Assembly (NCBI GenBank): GCA_048939765.1
Contig: JBHLPF010000007.1
Span: forward strand, 1 to 64,000
Reading direction: 5' to 3'
Source of the DNA: Promethearchaeota archaeon
GTDB taxonomy: Archaea; Asgardarchaeota; Thorarchaeia; Thorarchaeales; Thorarchaeaceae
DNA length: 64,000 bases
The first letter of the stretch is position 1; each line of letters opens with the position of its first letter. Positions 10,133 to 20,344 of the stretch are shown here, piece by piece. The notes beneath the pieces were generated by a model that was not told the DNA's origin, searched no databases, and was given only the letters and a program-made list of their open reading frames with translations. Position numbers and translations under genes: made by a program.

Positions 10133-11047
10133 TTGAGGCTTACAAGGGAGAATTTTACGAAGGCCAGCGAGTTTGTGCATTTGAATGCAAGACCTATCGA
10201 TCGAGCTCTATACGAGTATCGCTTTGAGGATGGTCCAATTAGCACAGTCCTAGAAGAGCTGGCAAAATATCAGAATGACGATGGAGGATTTGGCAACGCT
10301 ATCGAGCCGGATTTCAGGCTCAAGGCATCGTCACCAATGGCAACGTCAGTAGGACTCCAATATTGCACTCAGTTGGGAGTCGAGTCCGACCACCCCATCA
10401 TTGAGAAGGCAATCAGGTACTTGGTGTCAACATACGATTTTGAAAATGACTATTGGCCAGCTACATCTCCGGATGTCAATGATGAGCCTCATGCGCCATG
10501 GTGGCATGTTGTCGAGATAGCCCCTCCAAAGGAGAGTGAGTGGCCCAATCCAAGTGCTGAGTTACTGGGATATCTGCATAGGCACTCGGCTCACGTTCCA
10601 AAGGACTTGTTGAAACAGTTGAACAATCGTGCTCTAAAGAACTTGAACAGCTCGGAAACCATCGATGGCCTGTACAATCTGATGTGTTGGGATAGGGCAT
10701 ATCGACATCTCCCTGAACCCCTCAAGTCGGGTGTAGAGAGGAAACTGACTCGCACAATTCGAGCCATTACGCCGCTTACATCGGAAATATTGGGAGAAAT
10801 AAGAATCTCATGGCTTGCTCCCTCTACAGACTCACTCTTTCTAATCTACCCAGACAATCTTTACCAATTGCTCAGGGAAGAAATTCAGAGGCAGGCTCAA
10901 GATGGCGGATGGTGGCCAAACTGGAAATGGGGACAATACGAGGATGTTTGGCCTATATCTGAAAGAGAGTGGGCAGGGAAGATAACGGTGCACTGCTTGA
11001 CAGCTCTGAGAGCTTTCAATCTGAATGATAGTCTAATTGAGCCTTAG
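10133..11047 (+). CDS. Prenyltransferase/squalene-oxidase-repeat-like (alpha/alpha barrel) protein
   Basis: YQNDDGGFG and QAQDGGW QW-type motifs, PHAPWW. Confidence 0.6.
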   Translation: MRLTRENFTKASEFVHLNARPIDRALYEYRFEDGPISTVLEELAKYQNDDGGFGNAIEPDFRLKASSPMATSVGLQYCTQLGVESDHPIIEKAIRYLVSTYDFENDYWPATSPDVNDEPHAPWWHVVEIAPPKESEWPNPSAELLGYLHRHSAHVPKDLLKQLNNRALKNLNSSETIDGLYNLMCWDRAYRHLPEPLKSGVERKLTRTIRAITPLTSEILGEIRISWLAPSTDSLFLIYPDNLYQLLREEIQRQAQDGGWWPNWKWGQYEDVWPISEREWAGKITVHCLTALRAFNLNDSLIEP

Positions 11048-11052
11048 TGAAC

Positions 11053-11274
11053 CTAATAATCAGAGGAGGCCTTTGAGCCCCAGATACAAATTCCCAATAT
11101 AATCAATATAACTACAAACCATGAACCAAAAGCCACTGGTTCATAAAGTCCATAGCCAAAGTCCACAAGCAATGGAGGGAGAAGGAGCAGATCGACAAAG
11201 ATCCATACGGTGAAAATCAATACACCTGCGATTATGGATGCCAATCTTCTGGGATTGTTCAGCAGAGAACTCAT
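11053..11274 (-). CDS. Small two-TM membrane protein
   Basis: 73 aa, two hydrophobic segments, fills an intergenic gap. Confidence 0.55.
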   Translation of the reverse strand: MSSLLNNPRRLASIIAGVLIFTVWIFVDLLLLPPLLVDFGYGLYEPVAFGSWFVVILIILGICIWGSKASSDY

Positions 11275-11320
11275 CTTGAAACATCAAAACCACTGTTGAC
11301 TCCTTCTTAAGTCGTATTCT

Positions 11321-12457
11321 GTGTACATCCATCCGATGAAAGAGTATAAGGAAGCAGTCACACCAAGCCAGTTCGAGTCTACGTTGCCACAAGATGCTAT
11401 TACTCTCATCGACCAGTCTGGAAACGATAAGCATGTCGCCCCATTTATCAAGCCCAGTCTTGAAGCATTTGAGAGCCCAGAACGGATCGAGATGACATTG
11501 CAGTACCTTGAAGAAACAAAGTCGCTAGAGCATGTCAAGATGTTCAAAACTACTCAGGCAACAAAAGAGGAGGCCCTCCTCGTCCATAAACCATACCTCG
11601 TTCAGTCGATTGAGCTGATGTCAGAGCTTGGGGGCGGGGAGTTGGGTGATTCATCCTGGGCAAGTGAAGATTTGTGGTCCTCAGCTATGCATGCTTTGGG
11701 AGGTGCCCTCCTTGCAGGTGAATTGGTCGCCTCGGAAGCCTGCAGACATTCGTTTGCTCTGGTTCGACCTCCAGGACATCATGCAACGACCTCCTCATCT
11801 ATGGGTCTCTGTTTCTTCAACAATGTGGCAATTGCAGTGAGGGACATTCAGGCTGAGAATGCAATTAAGAAGGTTTCAATACTTGACATAGATGACCACT
11901 TTGGAAATGGGACTTCAGAGATTTTCTACGAAGATCCTAGTGTCCAGTTCATCAGCATTCACGAATATGACTACACAAGTTTCGGAATTGGACACTATCG
12001 AGAGATTGGACATGGCAGTGGTTCCGGGACCAACATCAATATCCCTCTGCATCGCGAGGCATCTGATTCAACCTATCGGACGGTAATCGATAGGATTGTC
12101 ACACCTGCTATAAAGAAGTTCAACCCAGATGTTGTTGCAGTTTCAGCCGGATATGATGCACATTTTGCAGACCCCATCGGGGAGATGGCCGTGGATTCCA
12201 GGACCTTCTGGTATATCTCATCCATGGTGGATCTGCTTGTTGACTCCTGTGGGATGAAAGGATCATTCTGGGTCCTAGAGGGCGGCTACAATCCATTGAC
12301 TATTGGGCCATGCGTCAAGGCTACATTGGATGGATTACAGGGGAAACCTTGCCCTGAGCTCGAGGACCAAGAGGAACGAGAGATAGAGGATGAGGTGGTG
12401 AAGCTTAACCGCAGGACCATCAATAAGATTCTGAAAACAGTTTCATCCTTCATATGA
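11321..12457 (+). CDS. Zn-dependent deacetylase, HDAC class II-like family
   Basis: ESPERI, RPPGHHA, GLCFFNN, DIDDHFGNGT, SAGYDAH, LEGGY. Confidence 0.9.
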   Translation: MYIHPMKEYKEAVTPSQFESTLPQDAITLIDQSGNDKHVAPFIKPSLEAFESPERIEMTLQYLEETKSLEHVKMFKTTQATKEEALLVHKPYLVQSIELMSELGGGELGDSSWASEDLWSSAMHALGGALLAGELVASEACRHSFALVRPPGHHATTSSSMGLCFFNNVAIAVRDIQAENAIKKVSILDIDDHFGNGTSEIFYEDPSVQFISIHEYDYTSFGIGHYREIGHGSGSGTNINIPLHREASDSTYRTVIDRIVTPAIKKFNPDVVAVSAGYDAHFADPIGEMAVDSRTFWYISSMVDLLVDSCGMKGSFWVLEGGYNPLTIGPCVKATLDGLQGKPCPELEDQEEREIEDEVVKLNRRTINKILKTVSSFI

Positions 12458-12540
12458 TATCAGACCTTTTTTTTGGAACCAATGCTTAATCCGCTAACCA
12501 TAATATAGGCAGAACATGCTGTTCTTCAGGTAGTTGAAAA

Positions 12541-14241
12541 ATGCTGCACGATGACGACTCTGATTGTTCTTGTCCTTCGCATGATATGCAAGAGGGGAGA
12601 AAGACCAGACTCTGGGCATTGGGAATTCTTGCTGTCGTGAGTGGCTTCTGGATTGCCCTGAGGTCTGGAAGCAAGCCTACGAGAATCGTATATCCCTGTC
12701 AGCAGGTAGCACTATCAAACATCCAAGTGTTCAAAGTCGCAGTTCTAGCGCTTATTCCCAGTATTGGAAGGATTCGATTTCTCTTAGGAAAGATGAAGCC
12801 AGTTGCTGTCCTAGTAGCCCTAATTGTTGGAACTGTGCTTCTCACAGGCAATTCTATTGGTCCTGGACTAGTCTTCACTGCTGCAGAGGATAACAACTAC
12901 ATCAGAGTCCCTCTGGTACTGACGAATTACACCTCTGCCGAGGCTGTTTCTGACCTCTACATAGTTCAGAACGCTACAGGAGAGAATGGAAACATGGATG
13001 CCGCCATTGGCGCATTGCTTGACATGATGGAATCAGAAGACCGTGGTTTCTACAAGTCTTCACAGACTCCTTCCGGAATGATAGAGAGTGACGATGTCAT
13101 AATTCTGAAGGTGAACAGCCAATGGGCTTCCAGAGGAGGGACCAACACCGACCTGGTCAAGAGCGTCATCACTGCCATTGGGAATCATCCCGACGGATTC
13201 ACCGGAGAGATCGTAGTCGCTGACAACGGACAAGGACTCGGAAACCTCGATTACTTTCATGCCAATTCATACTATCGTAATCAATCGGTGACCGACGTTG
13301 TGAACTCCTTCAGCGAGTTCAACGTTTCCACCTACTTGTGGGACACCCTCCGTTCCAGCACAGTCGATGAATACTCTGAGGGAAACCTCACAGATGGTTA
13401 CGTCTTGAACAGCACCTGGGACTCCAACACAGAGATTTTCACCTCATACCCCAAGTTCAGGACAATACATGGAACATACATAAGCTTCAGGAATGGCGTG
13501 TGGGACAGTGAAACGGGCTATGACTCCAACAGACTGAAGGTCATTAACATGCCTGTGTTGAAGTCTCACTTCCGATATGGTGTGACTGGCTGCGTGAAGA
13601 ACTACATGGGCCTGCCAAAGGGCCATATTGTGGGTTCAGTTGATCCCGGAATCCCACATGAGCACTTCTCTATAGCACAGGGTGGATTGGCAACTCTCAT
13701 GGTCCAAACAAGGGCGCCTGTTCTCAATATCCTGGACATGGTTTGGGTCAATGCCCATCCAATGGAGAGTTCGACCCAACGGGGACCATGGAGTGAGTAT
13801 TCGTCTGCTAGCTTCACGGACATCATAGGTGCTAGTCAGGACCCGGTAGCTCTGGACTATTGGGCATCCAAGAATGTGCTCTGTGGCACAGCTGAATATC
13901 TGAACTACACAACTTATTCATCTCTGAGTCCAGACTATGAGCCACTTAGCGACCAATACTACGGGTCTGATCCAATGGATGAGTCATTTCATAACTATCT
14001 CGAGAGATCGATGAATGTGTTAGTGAATGCGGGATATTCGGCCACAATGAATGAAACAGAGATGAATGCCTATGTGGTACAACTAGTAGGGACTGCAACT
14101 CCAGGACCCACAACTACGCCTAGGCCTACTGGATCGCCAGACGGTTGGCTTGACATCCCAATCACAATGGTATTGTTACTACCAATCGCAGCCGTGATAG
14201 TCGCAATTGCAGCTGTAATGGTCAGACGGAGAGATGCATAG
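12541..14241 (+). CDS. DUF362-domain exported protein with C-terminal membrane anchor
   Basis: KP.R..YPCQ N-terminal motif, ILKVN, INMPVLKSH..GVTGCVKNYMG, DPVALD; Pro/Thr linker, TM and RRR tail. Confidence 0.7.
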   Translation: MLHDDDSDCSCPSHDMQEGRKTRLWALGILAVVSGFWIALRSGSKPTRIVYPCQQVALSNIQVFKVAVLALIPSIGRIRFLLGKMKPVAVLVALIVGTVLLTGNSIGPGLVFTAAEDNNYIRVPLVLTNYTSAEAVSDLYIVQNATGENGNMDAAIGALLDMMESEDRGFYKSSQTPSGMIESDDVIILKVNSQWASRGGTNTDLVKSVITAIGNHPDGFTGEIVVADNGQGLGNLDYFHANSYYRNQSVTDVVNSFSEFNVSTYLWDTLRSSTVDEYSEGNLTDGYVLNSTWDSNTEIFTSYPKFRTIHGTYISFRNGVWDSETGYDSNRLKVINMPVLKSHFRYGVTGCVKNYMGLPKGHIVGSVDPGIPHEHFSIAQGGLATLMVQTRAPVLNILDMVWVNAHPMESSTQRGPWSEYSSASFTDIIGASQDPVALDYWASKNVLCGTAEYLNYTTYSSLSPDYEPLSDQYYGSDPMDESFHNYLERSMNVLVNAGYSATMNETEMNAYVVQLVGTATPGPTTTPRPTGSPDGWLDIPITMVLLLPIAAVIVAIAAVMVRRRDA

Positions 14242-14412
14242 GCCGGGAATGGTGAAACGGACTAGTTCTGTAGAATCTTCTTTCCCTTCAAAATCAGGGA
14301 CCCAACCACCATCAGGGCAATTCCATATACTAGGCCATTTGCAGCTGCATGAGTCAAGTGCAAAGAGGAATCCTGAGTAATGAATAAAACAGACACGTGA
14401 TTACTACAGCCT

Positions 14413-15243
14413 ATGAGCATTCTAATGACCACTTTGGCCCTACTTGCAATTCCAATAGGAGTCTTGCTGGGTCTTGCAGCTGGCGTAATCGGTCTTACTG
14501 CGTGGCCAATACTAGTCCCACTGCTACTCGTTTTTGGAGGATCCCCTCTCCACGAAGCCCTTCTTTCCAGTCTGCTTGTTGATTTGATGATTGCAATTGT
14601 TCTTTCAATCTTCTACATACGAAATAAGGAGGTGGAGGTTGATAGCTTGTATGGTGCGAAGCTAGGCGGTGTTGCAGGAGTTGTGGCATTAATCACTGCA
14701 ATACTGGTCTTCCACATCCTGGATCAGTATTCGGGCCTATTCGAAGGAGGGTCATCTATTGTCACTCTGGTTTTCGGTGGACTGTTCATCATACAGGCCA
14801 TTAGAATGGATGATTCTACTGGTGTACGAGATGAGAGACCAAGCCAAAGACAGCTCTCTGACAGAAAGAAAGACATCATCGCATACGGATTCTGTATCTT
14901 TCAAGGATTTCTCACAGGCCTTATTGCCATAGGAGGTGCGATGAACATTGTACTTGTTCTTATGTTCATCCTAGGATATCCTACGCTTAGGGCTGTAGGA
15001 ACTGCAATGGTAGCAACAACAGTCATGCTCTCCATGACTGTGATTGCGTTCCTCATTCTTCTTCAGTTCAGTGTGTCCACTCTGCCAATTGTTGTCTTAT
15101 ACGTCCTGATTGGAGCGATAAGCAGCTATCTGGCTGTCACCAGGATTCAAAACATCTCAGAGCGCAAGCTACGCTTCACAATTGGCATTGTCATCCTGAC
15201 TGCTGCTATCTTCGCTACCGCGCAGGTCTATTTCCTAGTATGA
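14413..15243 (+). CDS. TauE/SafE-family (sulfite exporter) membrane protein
   Basis: Two-fold TM repeat, G...GLIAIGG, LRAVGTA. Confidence 0.75.
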   Translation: MSILMTTLALLAIPIGVLLGLAAGVIGLTAWPILVPLLLVFGGSPLHEALLSSLLVDLMIAIVLSIFYIRNKEVEVDSLYGAKLGGVAGVVALITAILVFHILDQYSGLFEGGSSIVTLVFGGLFIIQAIRMDDSTGVRDERPSQRQLSDRKKDIIAYGFCIFQGFLTGLIAIGGAMNIVLVLMFILGYPTLRAVGTAMVATTVMLSMTVIAFLILLQFSVSTLPIVVLYVLIGAISSYLAVTRIQNISERKLRFTIGIVILTAAIFATAQVYFLV

Positions 15244-15417
15244 TAGATACTAGAAGAGTTGAATGCTGAACACAATCCACATCGTGAAAATGATGAATGC
15301 TCCTGCCGCCATAGTCGATTCCCGAATATCGGCAGTTTCAAGACGCAATGAGCGCACTTCTCCTTCAACTGAGGCCTCTGGACCATCAGACTACATCTGA
15401 TATATTTCGTGCAGCAA

Positions 15418-16026
15418 CTAGAGAGGACTGGGATCAACAAGAATCTCCTTCATTAGAAGATGTAGAACTGTGACCCAAGCGCTTCTCACTTTCGATATCT
15501 CACTTCCAAGACTTATGGAGCTGTATAATCCATCCCGAATAGATAGGATTCCTCTGGCTAACGATTCGGAGTCAATACTATCCTTGACTGTCCCATCTTT
15601 CTTAAAGCCTTCAATAACACCAGAGAGATCCTTCACCCAAGATTCGTAGCTCTCCTTGACCCATTTTAGGACCTGATTGTTGACTGCTGCCTCGCGAAGC
15701 AAGTCCAAATTAAGAACAAGAGTGCCCAAACGCATTGACAGCATCTTGTCAAAGAATCTCTCAGTCGCAATCTCAGCTATGCCCCCTGTAGCGAAGAATC
15801 TCCCGACTTCTTCTCCTCGACTGCTTGTATGGGCTTCCAGCACTGAGAGGAGGAGGTCTTGTTTGCTATCAAAATACTGGTAGATGGCCCCTTTGCTTAC
15901 ACTCATGCTCTCAGCGATGTCGATCATCTTTGTCTTGTAATATCCCTTCTCCGAAAAGAGCTCCGCAGCATGCATCATTATTCTCTTCTTTGCCTTCTCC
16001 TTGTACTCGGGCACAACTTTAGGCAT
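15418..16026 (-). CDS. TetR/AcrR family transcriptional regulator
   Basis: FSEKGY...IAESMSVSKGAIYQYFDSK HTH. Confidence 0.9.
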   Translation of the reverse strand: MPKVVPEYKEKAKKRIMMHAAELFSEKGYYKTKMIDIAESMSVSKGAIYQYFDSKQDLLLSVLEAHTSSRGEEVGRFFATGGIAEIATERFFDKMLSMRLGTLVLNLDLLREAAVNNQVLKWVKESYESWVKDLSGVIEGFKKDGTVKDSIDSESLARGILSIRDGLYSSISLGSEISKVRSAWVTVLHLLMKEILVDPSPL

Positions 16027-16062
16027 GGCTGTTCACAAGATTCTCTGGACAACCTCATATAT

Positions 16063-16100
16063 AAAATGACTCATAGGAATTAAAAATGACCAATGGGTAT
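16063..16100. promoter_or_regulatory. Tandem imperfect operator-like sites between divergent tetR and ICMT-family genes
   Basis: AAAATGACTCATAGGAAT (16063-80) and AAAATGACCAATGGGTAT (16083-100), 20-nt period. Confidence 0.5.
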
Positions 16101-16143
16101 GTTTTTATCATGAAGCTGTCATAAATTCTTGAGGTAGACCTCC

Positions 16144-16734
16144 ATGGAAGAAGAGCTCATGTTCAAGATCCTCTTTGTTTTGATTTATGCCGCCTTCGCA
16201 GGAGTCAGGATATATTATAGAAGCCAGAATCTTGGTAGGACCGTTGAGAAAGAGTACAGGCAGATAACGAAGCCCTTTGTTGTCCTAAGCATTGCGATTC
16301 TGGGATACTTTGCATCAATTCTTCTATGGATTCTCTTTCCAGATACCATCCTTGTCTTTCAGTTGGCTCTGCCAGTCCTAATCCGTTGGGCCGCAGCTGG
16401 ACTGGCAATGATTGCTGTGGCGTTCCTTTTCTGGATTCACCGTACCTTGGGGAAGCAGTACTCCGCAAGGTTGGAGATACAAGAACAGCATCAGCTAATA
16501 ACAGCAGGACCCTACAGCAGAATTCGTCATCCAATGTATACAATATTCATCCTCTTCTCTCTATCAGTTTCATTAATCTCTGCAAACCTGTTGCTCATCT
16601 TGTTTGCCATCTTATTGTCGATTCCATTCCACTGGATAACAAGAATTGAGGAAACATTGCTTACTGACCAGTTTGGGGATGAATACCTAGAATATATGAA
16701 ACGGACAGGCAGGTTTCTACCTCATCTAGGCTAA
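16144..16734 (+). CDS. Isoprenylcysteine carboxyl methyltransferase family membrane protein
   Basis: LITAGPYSRIRHPMY, EE..L...FG.EY..Y...T.RF.P. Confidence 0.9.
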   Translation: MEEELMFKILFVLIYAAFAGVRIYYRSQNLGRTVEKEYRQITKPFVVLSIAILGYFASILLWILFPDTILVFQLALPVLIRWAAAGLAMIAVAFLFWIHRTLGKQYSARLEIQEQHQLITAGPYSRIRHPMYTIFILFSLSVSLISANLLLILFAILLSIPFHWITRIEETLLTDQFGDEYLEYMKRTGRFLPHLG

Positions 16735-16798
16735 AACAACTGAAAGACATTGGGAGAAGAATTAGCTCTAATGCAATCAATCTTCAAAAGAGGAGAAG

Positions 16799-16823
16799 TG
16801 AGAGGGGCATGCGCCCACTCTCA
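16799..16823 (-). terminator. Hairpin just downstream of acs
   Basis: TGAGAG-GGGC-ATGC-GCCC-A-CTCTCA stem followed by a pyrimidine-rich tract on the - strand. Confidence 0.45.
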
Positions 16824-16833
16824 TAAACTAGAA

Positions 16834-18825
16834 TTATAGCCGTTCCTTGATCAGGGTTTCAACGACTGTCGGGTCAGCCAGCGTAGTGGTGTCACCGATG
16901 TCGTCAATCCTGCCTGCTGCAATCCTCTTGAGGATTCTGCGCATGATCTTGCCGGACCGGGTCTTTGGCAATGCATCAGCAAACTGGATCTTCTCAGGAG
17001 TTGCGATTGGACCGATTTCCTGACGCACGTGGTTCCTGAGCTCTTTCTTCAAGGCGTCAGTCTTCTCAATTCCGACTTTCAGGGTGGCGAAGACATAGAT
17101 GCTCTCGCCTTTGATTTCATGCGGGAACCCAACTACAGCGCACTCTGCGACTGCAGGATGTTTGACAAGAGCGCTCTCGATCTCAGCAGTACCGAGCCTG
17201 TGGCCAGACACCTTGAGCACATCGTCGATTCGACCCATGACAAAGTAGTAGCCATCCTCGTTGAAGCGGCCTCCATCACCTGTCATGTACATTGGACGAC
17301 CAGTGTCGGGATCCTTGTACTGTACCCAGTAGGTGTTCTTGAACCGCTCATGGTCTCCGTAGACTGTCCTCATCAGACCAGGCCATGGCTCACGGATACA
17401 GATGTAGCCACCCTCGTTGGCGTTAACCGGTTGTCCACCCTCATCAACTATTACAGGTTTCACACCAAAGAATGGCTGAGTTGTGCTACCAGGAATAGTA
17501 GCAGTAGCACCAGGCAGAGGGGTGAATATCACACCACCGGTTTCAGTCTGCCAATAGGTATCTACTATTGGACACTTCTCCTTACCAATCTGTTCGTGAT
17601 ACCACATCCAAGCCTCAGGGTTGATGGGCTCACCAACTGTACCTAGCAAGTTGAGCGAGCTCAGGTTGTGCTTCTTCACTGGGTCCTCACCGAACCTCAT
17701 CAGAGCCCTGATGGCGGTGGGAGCAGTGTAGAACTGATTGACCTTCCAGCGCTCGACCTCTAGCCAGAAGCGGTCGTTGTCTGGGTACGTAGGAGTCCCT
17801 TCGAACATCATACTTGTAGCGCCTGCGGAGAGAGGCCCATAGACAATGTATGAGTGGCCTGTGATCCAACCGATGTCGGCAGTGCACCAGTAGACATCGC
17901 CAGGGTGCCAGTCGAAGATTGTCTTGAAGGTGTAGGTCGTATATGTCATGTACCCTCCAACAGTGTGTAGAACACCCTTTGGCTTACCAGTTGAACCAGA
18001 GGTGTAGAGGATGAACAGTGGATCCTCAGCGTTAAGCCACTCAGGCTCGCACTTGTCATCGACCTTTGCGTACTCCTCATGGTACCAGACGTCTCTGGAC
18101 TCGTCCCAAGGAGTGTCCTCAACGTCCATTCTCTGTACAACGAGCACTTTTTCGACAATTGAGATGTCCTCAAGTGCATTGTCGGCGTTCTTCTTCTGGG
18201 GCACAATCTTGCCGTTTCTGTAGTAAGCATCAGCTGTGATGAGGAGCTTGCTCTGACAGTCCACAATTCTGTCCTTCAGTGAGTCAGCAGTGAAACCACC
18301 GAAGACAATGCTGTGAACAGCGCCAATTCTTGCACAGGCCAACATGATGATGGCCAACTCTGGAATCATTGGCATGTAGATAGTTACCGTGTCACCTCTC
18401 TTCAGACCGAGATTCTTCAAGACATTGGCTGCCTTATTGACCTCGCTCAGAAGCTCCTTGTAGGTGTAAGTCTTGGACTCATCCAGAGGGTCACCCTGCC
18501 AGATGAGCGCTATCTGGTCACCATTGCCAGCCTCAACATGCTTGTCCAGACAGTTGTAGGCCATGTTTGTGACGCCGTCCTCAAACCAAGTGAATCGAAT
18601 GCCATCAACATCCTTCCACTCGAACCCCTTGGTAGGCGCCTTCTTCCAGTAAATCAAATCCTTAGTGATCTTGAGCCAGAACTCGTCGGGATTCTTGATA
18701 GACTCCTTCCAGATCTTCATCCTCTCCTCTTGGCTCTTGATATAGGCCTTCTCGACGAAGCTCTGTGGAGGCGGGAATCGCCGCTCCTCGTGGCTCGTGA
18801 CAGTGATTTTCTTCTCTTCGGCCAT
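16834..18825 (-). CDS. acs: Acetyl-CoA synthetase (AMP-forming)
   Basis: YTSGSTGKPKG, DTYWQTETG, SGHRLGTAEIE, PKTRSGKIMRR. Confidence 0.97.
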   Translation of the reverse strand: MAEEKKITVTSHEERRFPPPQSFVEKAYIKSQEERMKIWKESIKNPDEFWLKITKDLIYWKKAPTKGFEWKDVDGIRFTWFEDGVTNMAYNCLDKHVEAGNGDQIALIWQGDPLDESKTYTYKELLSEVNKAANVLKNLGLKRGDTVTIYMPMIPELAIIMLACARIGAVHSIVFGGFTADSLKDRIVDCQSKLLITADAYYRNGKIVPQKKNADNALEDISIVEKVLVVQRMDVEDTPWDESRDVWYHEEYAKVDDKCEPEWLNAEDPLFILYTSGSTGKPKGVLHTVGGYMTYTTYTFKTIFDWHPGDVYWCTADIGWITGHSYIVYGPLSAGATSMMFEGTPTYPDNDRFWLEVERWKVNQFYTAPTAIRALMRFGEDPVKKHNLSSLNLLGTVGEPINPEAWMWYHEQIGKEKCPIVDTYWQTETGGVIFTPLPGATATIPGSTTQPFFGVKPVIVDEGGQPVNANEGGYICIREPWPGLMRTVYGDHERFKNTYWVQYKDPDTGRPMYMTGDGGRFNEDGYYFVMGRIDDVLKVSGHRLGTAEIESALVKHPAVAECAVVGFPHEIKGESIYVFATLKVGIEKTDALKKELRNHVRQEIGPIATPEKIQFADALPKTRSGKIMRRILKRIAAGRIDDIGDTTTLADPTVVETLIKERL

Positions 18826-18854
18826 GGAATTATCACCATAAGCAACGTTGCTTT

Positions 18855-18883
18855 GGTTGTCCGCGCGAGGTCACGCCCTTAAG
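18855..18883 (-). promoter_or_regulatory. acs upstream motif shared with the OFA transporter upstream region, next to a TATA-like CTTAAG
   Basis: GGTTGTCCGCG and CGCGCGAGGTCAC here; CGCGCGAGGTTAC (20345-57) and GGTTGTCCGCG (20387-97) upstream of the transporter. Confidence 0.5.
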
Positions 18884-18966
18884 AAGATTTGCCAATAGTG
18901 CAAGTTTCTGTGGTCCTTGGAGAACGTGAACCCAATTCATAGGAGTGAGCATGGGGAGTAATACAT

Positions 18967-19011
18967 GAAAAAGAAACTGAGTGAGGCCGCGGACTGATGT
19001 CCCAGGCCTCA
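18967..19011 (-). terminator. Hairpin plus U-tract downstream of the OFA transporter
   Basis: TGAGGCC-GC-GGAC-TGAT-GTCC-CA-GGCCTCA followed by TTTCTTTTTC on the - strand. Confidence 0.5.
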
Positions 19012-19027
19012 AACGGAATTGATTGTG

Positions 19028-20305
19028 CTATTGAGCAGACTTACGCATGAACTTCAGAACAATTGTGAGAATCACAGCAATGATTGCAAGCACACCGGTG
19101 ACAACAAAGGCCATGAAATAGGAACCAGTTGCATCGACTATAGGACCAGCAACAAAAGCACCAGTGATTCCAGCAATTCCATAGGCTGTGAACACCACGC
19201 CATAATTCTTGCCAACATTCTTGGAGCCCCAGAAGTCAGCAGTTGCTGATGGAAACAGTGCGAAGTTGCCACCGAAGCAGAAACCTATGAGTGACGCAAT
19301 GAGCATGACTGCGACCCAGTCAACAGCCAAGGTTGTGATGTATGCAAATGTGAACATGCCAATGGCGAGAACCAGAAACATTGTAACCATGGTGTTCGCC
19401 CGTCCGAGTCTGTCTGAAACTGCACCCCAGACAATCCTGCCTGCTGCATTCAATAGACTCATGACACCAACAATGACGGCTGCAAATGCTGCACCACCCA
19501 TCGGATCGACCTCTACAGCTGCACTCTTCACATTCCCGAGTGTCATGAGACCCGCAGTGGCTGCAAACACGAACATGAGCCATAGTAACCAGAAGCTTGC
19601 TGTTCTAATCATCTCACCCGGCAGGATATCTAGACCCTTTCCATCTGCAGTAGTCGTGGGGGGCGTGTAACCTACAGGAAGCCAGCCGTCTGGAGGATTT
19701 GTAAGGACTTGAGCACCAAGAACCACCAGAACAAGATAGGCGACACCTAGAATTAAGAAAGGTGCCCCCACCTGCAGAGTTGTCGGAACATTGAACATGC
19801 CAAGCAAGAAATCCTCAACATAACCAAAGACAAGTGCACCGCCTCCAAAGCCAGCAACAGCAATACCGGTGATTGTGCCCTTCTTATCTGGGAACCACTT
19901 CACGAGCGCCGCAATTGGGCATACATAGGCAAATCCAATCCCAGCTCCACCGATGATTCCGTATGTGATGATTAGCCACATAGTCCCAATCATCTCGTTG
20001 CCAGCTGCTACTATATCTACCATGAAAGCCAGTATATAGCCAGCACCTAGAAGCACACCGCCTACAGTAGCAACCTTCCGTGGACCAACCCTATCCTGCC
20101 ATCTTCCAGCAAATATCATGAACAGCGCAAATGAAGCCAGACCAGCTGCAAATGGCAGCTGAGTAAAGAACGCAGACCATGTATATGCGCCGCCTCTGAG
20201 GGCTGTTTGGAAGAAGGACCAGGCGTAGATTGAACCTAGACACAATTGGACTATGATTGCACCGATAATCACGAGATTTCGGTTTCCAACCTTTTCTTCA
20301 GACAT
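19028..20305 (-). CDS. MFS transporter, oxalate/formate antiporter (OFA) family
   Basis: LCLGSIYAWS, GRWQDRVGPR, KWFPDKKG, GGNFALFP. Confidence 0.9.
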   Translation of the reverse strand: MSEEKVGNRNLVIIGAIIVQLCLGSIYAWSFFQTALRGGAYTWSAFFTQLPFAAGLASFALFMIFAGRWQDRVGPRKVATVGGVLLGAGYILAFMVDIVAAGNEMIGTMWLIITYGIIGGAGIGFAYVCPIAALVKWFPDKKGTITGIAVAGFGGGALVFGYVEDFLLGMFNVPTTLQVGAPFLILGVAYLVLVVLGAQVLTNPPDGWLPVGYTPPTTTADGKGLDILPGEMIRTASFWLLWLMFVFAATAGLMTLGNVKSAAVEVDPMGGAAFAAVIVGVMSLLNAAGRIVWGAVSDRLGRANTMVTMFLVLAIGMFTFAYITTLAVDWVAVMLIASLIGFCFGGNFALFPSATADFWGSKNVGKNYGVVFTAYGIAGITGAFVAGPIVDATGSYFMAFVVTGVLAIIAVILTIVLKFMRKSAQ

Positions 20306-20344
20306 CAGATCATTCACCTGAATAATAGTCGAGTCTTGTGCCGT

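Noticed and set aside
15290-15372. ATGATGA ... CTGA with an internal hairpin as a C/D-box sRNA
   Set aside because: Span is longer than typical archaeal C/D guides and no clear D'/C' boxes are present.
17029-18882. Long antisense ORFs (e.g. 17029-17646, 18313-18882; also 946-1635, 52388-52957)
   Set aside because: Shadow frames of well-supported genes with no recognisable motifs.
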